DNA from: an uncultured Verrucomicrobiae bacterium
Lineage (GTDB): Bacteria; Verrucomicrobiota; Verrucomicrobiia; Chthoniobacterales; UBA10450
Assembly: GCA_963815455.1 (NCBI GenBank)
Contig: CAWFGO010000001.1
Coordinates: forward strand, 736,001-800,000
Direction of reading: 5' to 3'
DNA: 64,000 nucleotides
Shown: one piece after another, positions 60,538 through 64,000 of the stretch
Layout of the letters: the number at the start of each line of letters is the position of its first letter
Position numbering within the stretch: position 1 is the first letter of the stretch
Made by a program: the position numbers and the translations under genes
Notes under the pieces: model-generated
Databases searched by the model: none
Seen by the model: only the letters and a program-made list of their open reading frames with translations
Told to the model about the DNA's origin: nothing

Positions 60538-62556
60538 GTGGCCGAATATTCTGAGGCAAACAAAGGGGTGGATGACCGATCGTCGGTCGGCGGCGTTTGT
60601 TTTTTTCTGGCGGCCCTCGTCTGGCTGGCTTTCGGCCAAACGATTCGGCACGCGTTCGTCAATTATGATGACGACGTTTATGTTTATCAAAATCCGTACG
60701 TTCTGGCGGGACTGACGCGCCGGGGAATTGGGTGGGCCTTTGCCTATGGCAGGATCGGTCATTGGCATCCGCTAACCTGGTTTTCACACATGCTGGATTG
60801 CCAGCTCTGGGACCTTCGGGCGGGCGGGCATCATCTGACCAACGTGCTCCTGCACGCCGCCGCTGCGATCCTTCTCTTCCTGGCCTTAAAGCAAATGACG
60901 AGTGGTCCGGGCCGGACTGGCAGTATTTGGCGGAGCGCAGTCGTGGCCACGATCTTCGCGATTCATCCGCAGCGGGTGGAATCGGTCGCCTGGATCGCGG
61001 AGCGCAAAGATGTGCTGAGCGGCGCTTTCTTCATGCTCACGATCCTCGCCTACGTGAGATACGTGCGAAAGGCGCCGTCCGTGGCTGGATATGCGCCGGT
61101 GGCGATTCTATTCGCGCTCGGGCTCATGTCGAAGGGGGTGCTGGTGACGTTGCCATTTGTGCTCCTGCTCCTCGACTACTGGCCATTGCGACGAATAACA
61201 CCGGAAATCCTCCCAGCGATTCGACGGCCCGAAAACCGCGCAAAGGTTTGGTGCTTGCTCCGGGAAAAGATTCCGCTCTTTCTCCTCTCAGCCGCGTCTT
61301 GCCTGATGACCAGTCTGTCGCCGGAGCGGATTGCGCCGGCCCTGCAAATGTCGCTTCGAGCGCGGGTCGAAAACGTCATCGTTTCCGATGTCATTTACAT
61401 AAAGCAAATGCTCTACCCGGTGGGTCTGGAACTGCCCTACTTCAATCCGCCGGGCGGCTTCCCGCTTTGGCAGGTCGGCGGGGCGCTCGCACTTCTGCTC
61501 GCCGTCTCGATCGGCGTGTTTGTCTTTCGGAAAACGCATCCTTACCTGATCGTGGGCTGGCTCTGGTATCTGGGAATGATGGCGCCGGTCATTGGACTGG
61601 TGCAAATCTCCTACTACGTGCGCGCTGATCGCTACACCTATTTGCCGCACATCGGTCTCTACATCATGGCAATTTGGGGCGGCGCGGCGTTGTTAGGGCG
61701 CGTCCGCGCGGGCCGCTACATCCTCGGGGGCGTTGCTTTGCTCCTGATCGCGGCGCTCCTCTCGCGCACTCGGGCGCAGACCTCCTATTGGAATGACAGC
61801 GCGACGCTCTGGACGCACGTCTTGCAGGTGAACCCGGAGAACCACGTTGCTCATAGCAATCTGGGCCTTGTCCTGGCCGAGAACGGCCAAATCGAAAGCG
61901 CTATCACGCATTTTGAAAAGGCCCTGGAGATTCAACCGCTGTATGCCGATGCCTACAACAACATGGGCACCGCGCTTTCGCGTACCGGGCGGACACGCGA
62001 GGCGATTGCCCAATACCGGAAGGCGCTCGCTCTCGATGCGGAGCACCCGCAAATGCAGAACAATCTCGGGATCGCGCTCGCCCAAAACGGGCAGGTGAGC
62101 GAGGCGCTGCCGCACTTCCGCAAAGCGATCGAGCTCAAGCCCGATTTCGCCGCAGCCTACAGCAATTTCGGACACGCCCTTTCGCTCCAGGGACGAATCG
62201 ATGAAGCGCTGCCCCAGTTTTTGAAAGCGCTTGAGATAACGCCCAACTCCATCCTGGCGCACAAAGAGGTCGCCGTGGCATTGCTAAGAATTGGGCAACC
62301 CTCCGAAGCGGTTACCCATTATCGCAAGGTTCTCGAACTCGGGGGCGATGCGGCCGACGTGCGTTTCAATCTGGCCGCCGCCTACGCCGAGATCGGAGAT
62401 TTCGATGCTGCGTTCGAGACGGCGACTCGCGCACTGGAACAAGCGAGAGCGAACGGAGACGACCGGCTCGCCCGGCAAATCGAAGAACGCCTCGATCTTT
62501 ATCGGCAACATCAACCCAACCGGCAGACCCTGCCAAAGGATTCCGGTAATCGTTAA
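60538..62556 (+). CDS. TMTC-like membrane glycosyltransferase with C-terminal TPRs, paralogue 3
   Basis: FVNYDDDVYV, GHWHPLTW, IFAIHPQRVESVAWIAERKDVLS, ADRYTYLP, WNDSATLW, TPRs; closest to paralogue 1. Confidence 0.85.
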   Translation: MAEYSEANKGVDDRSSVGGVCFFLAALVWLAFGQTIRHAFVNYDDDVYVYQNPYVLAGLTRRGIGWAFAYGRIGHWHPLTWFSHMLDCQLWDLRAGGHHLTNVLLHAAAAILLFLALKQMTSGPGRTGSIWRSAVVATIFAIHPQRVESVAWIAERKDVLSGAFFMLTILAYVRYVRKAPSVAGYAPVAILFALGLMSKGVLVTLPFVLLLLDYWPLRRITPEILPAIRRPENRAKVWCLLREKIPLFLLSAASCLMTSLSPERIAPALQMSLRARVENVIVSDVIYIKQMLYPVGLELPYFNPPGGFPLWQVGGALALLLAVSIGVFVFRKTHPYLIVGWLWYLGMMAPVIGLVQISYYVRADRYTYLPHIGLYIMAIWGGAALLGRVRAGRYILGGVALLLIAALLSRTRAQTSYWNDSATLWTHVLQVNPENHVAHSNLGLVLAENGQIESAITHFEKALEIQPLYADAYNNMGTALSRTGRTREAIAQYRKALALDAEHPQMQNNLGIALAQNGQVSEALPHFRKAIELKPDFAAAYSNFGHALSLQGRIDEALPQFLKALEITPNSILAHKEVAVALLRIGQPSEAVTHYRKVLELGGDAADVRFNLAAAYAEIGDFDAAFETATRALEQARANGDDRLARQIEERLDLYRQHQPNRQTLPKDSGNR

Positions 62557-62600
62557 TCGCGATCCGTGCCGAAGCTTTTGTGGGCGTTGTGCGCTTGACT

Positions 62601-62629
62601 TTGCCTCGCGTAAATCGCCGGATTAGTTT
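62601..62629 (+). promoter_or_regulatory. Sigma70-like promoter for putA, probably leaderless
   Basis: TTGCCT-N17-TAGTTT-N7-ATG(62637). Confidence 0.45.
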
Positions 62630-62636
62630 TCGCCAC

Positions 62637-64000
62637 ATGAATTCCCTTCAAACGGAGATCGAGCAGCGCGGAGAACGCATTTTCGATCTGGTCGATCGAC
62701 ATCCCGAATCGCTCTTCAGCAAGGCCGGTTTTTACCAGCGAATGATGGCGTTCTCGATGCGGGACGAGCAGTTCAAGGTGCAATTGTTCCGGTTTGTCGA
62801 TGTCCTCGCCTCGCTCCGCCGCTCCACCGATATCGTGCAGCATCTCGACGAATATTTCGCCGAAATGCGCAACGGCTTCGCCCCGGTGCTCCATACCGGT
62901 GTGCGCCTGGCCAAGATCGTGCCCTGGATCAGCGGCCAATTGTTGCGCTGGAATGTCTCCGGCATGGCTCGCCAGTTCATCGCTGGAAAAAATCCGGAGG
63001 ACGTGATGAAGACCCTTCGCAAACGGCGGGCGCAGAAGATCGGATTCACTGTCGATCTTCTGGGCGAAGCGGTGGTGAGCGAAAAGGAAGCCGATGAATA
63101 CGGAGCGCGCTGCCTCGATTTGCTCGAAGGTCTCGCCCGCGAAACGCAGGGCTGGTCCGATCCGCTCGGCGAAAATACCGCGTTGTTTCCGGTGGTGAAT
63201 CTTTCGGTCAAGGTCTCCGCCCTTTATTCACAAATGAATCCGGCCGATCCCGCCGATGCTATCCATCATTTGGCGCCGAAACTTCGTCCGATTCTCCGGC
63301 GCGCGCGCGAACTAGGCGCGTTCGTTAACTTCGACATGGAAAGCTACGCCCATAAGAACGCGACGCTCGAGCTTTTCAAAACATTGTTTAACGAAAAGGA
63401 GTTTAAGGACTGGCCGCACGCCGGCATTGTCATTCAGGCCTACCTGCGCGACGCGGAAGACGATCTTGTCGATCTTATCGAGTGGGGTCGGGCTCGCGGG
63501 ACGCGTTTTACCGTGCGCCTGGTAAAAGGCGCCTATTGGGATTACGAAAAGATCAAATCGGGACAGAACGGCTGGGAGGTTCCGGTGTTCCTGCAAAAGC
63601 CGGAGAGCGACGCCAATTTCGAGGCGCTCACCCGAATCCTGCTCGAAAACGAGTCAATCGTCACAGCCGCATTCGGCTCGCACAACGTCCGCAGCATCGC
63701 CCACGCCCAGGCCCTGGCCTACGAACTCGGGATCGATCCCAGCCGGTTCGAATTTCAATTACTCTACGGCATGGCCGGCCCGGTGAAACGCGCGCTGGTC
63801 GAAATGGGTTATCGCGTCCGCGAATATTGCCCGGTCGGCGAATTGCTCCCCGGAATGTCGTATCTTGTCAGGCGATTGCTCGAGAACACCTCCAACGAAG
63901 GATTCCTGCGGGCAAAATTTTCCGAGAATGTTTCGGCCGAGGAATTGCTGCGTGATCCCAATGAAATTGTAGGGCGTCTGTGTCAGACACCATCCGGTGC
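62637..64000 (+). CDS. putA: Proline dehydrogenase, probably bifunctional PutA; runs off the window edge
   Basis: Manual translation MNSLQTEIEQRGERIF ... FKVQLFRFVDVL ... FTVDLLGEAV ... FDMES ... QAYLRD ... VRLVKGAYWDYE ... FGSHNVRS ... EFQLLYGM ... YLVRRLLENTSNEGFL. No stop codon, so absent from the ORF track. Confidence 0.93.
   Translation, partial: MNSLQTEIEQRGERIFDLVDRHPESLFSKAGFYQRMMAFSMRDEQFKVQLFRFVDVLASLRRSTDIVQHLDEYFAEMRNGFAPVLHTGVRLAKIVPWISGQLLRWNVSGMARQFIAGKNPEDVMKTLRKRRAQKIGFTVDLLGEAVVSEKEADEYGARCLDLLEGLARETQGWSDPLGENTALFPVVNLSVKVSALYSQMNPADPADAIHHLAPKLRPILRRARELGAFVNFDMESYAHKNATLELFKTLFNEKEFKDWPHAGIVIQAYLRDAEDDLVDLIEWGRARGTRFTVRLVKGAYWDYEKIKSGQNGWEVPVFLQKPESDANFEALTRILLENESIVTAAFGSHNVRSIAHAQALAYELGIDPSRFEFQLLYGMAGPVKRALVEMGYRVREYCPVGELLPGMSYLVRRLLENTSNEGFLRAKFSENVSAEELLRDPNEIVGRLCQTPSG
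63968..63991 (+). repeat. GTAG-type REP inside the putA reading frame
   Basis: TGTAGGGCGTCTGTGTCAGACACC (GTAG + hairpin GGCGTCTG/CAGACACC). Confidence 0.55.

Noticed and set aside
1..64000. tRNA, rRNA, transposase, integrase, prophage or recognisable defence genes
   Set aside because: None recognised; nearly all of the sequence is accounted for by the CDSs listed.

Overview
A GC-rich (roughly 55-60% by eye) bacterial chromosomal window, most likely from a Verrucomicrobiota (Chthoniobacterales/Spartobacteria-like) genome. The evidence for this is a PVC-superphylum signature small basic protein at 40851-41006 (missed by the ORF track), a stand-alone SWIB protein, PEP-CTERM proteins and an LpxL-WaaF fusion. 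Most of it is housekeeping: thrS, recQ, grpE-dnaJ, aroA-cmk-plsC, panC-nadB, dsbD, ltaE and the start of putA. Several of these genes are broken by single-base indels that look like long-read sequencing errors. The best candidate for an undescribed system is at 51.5-62.6 kb. There, three membrane proteins resembling eukaryotic TMTC (GT105) protein O-mannosyltransferases, each with C-terminal TPRs, are interleaved with three Ser/Thr-rich, Lys-free PEP-CTERM surface proteins and an AlkP-superfamily/TPR enzyme. Two of the PEP-CTERM genes share a near-identical palindromic upstream element and terminator. This suggests a dedicated surface-glycoprotein glycosylation and decoration module. Other notable items: an AT-richer ~95-codon insertion in the ThrRS catalytic domain; a ~48-aa C-terminal domain shared by two lipoproteins; a matrixin protease next to a TIMP/NTR-like partner; GTAG-type REP elements and 7-9-nt tandem repeats inside coding sequences; and several apparently leaderless promoters. 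No rRNA, tRNA, CRISPR array or transposase was seen. All calls come from reading motifs by eye, not from database searches.
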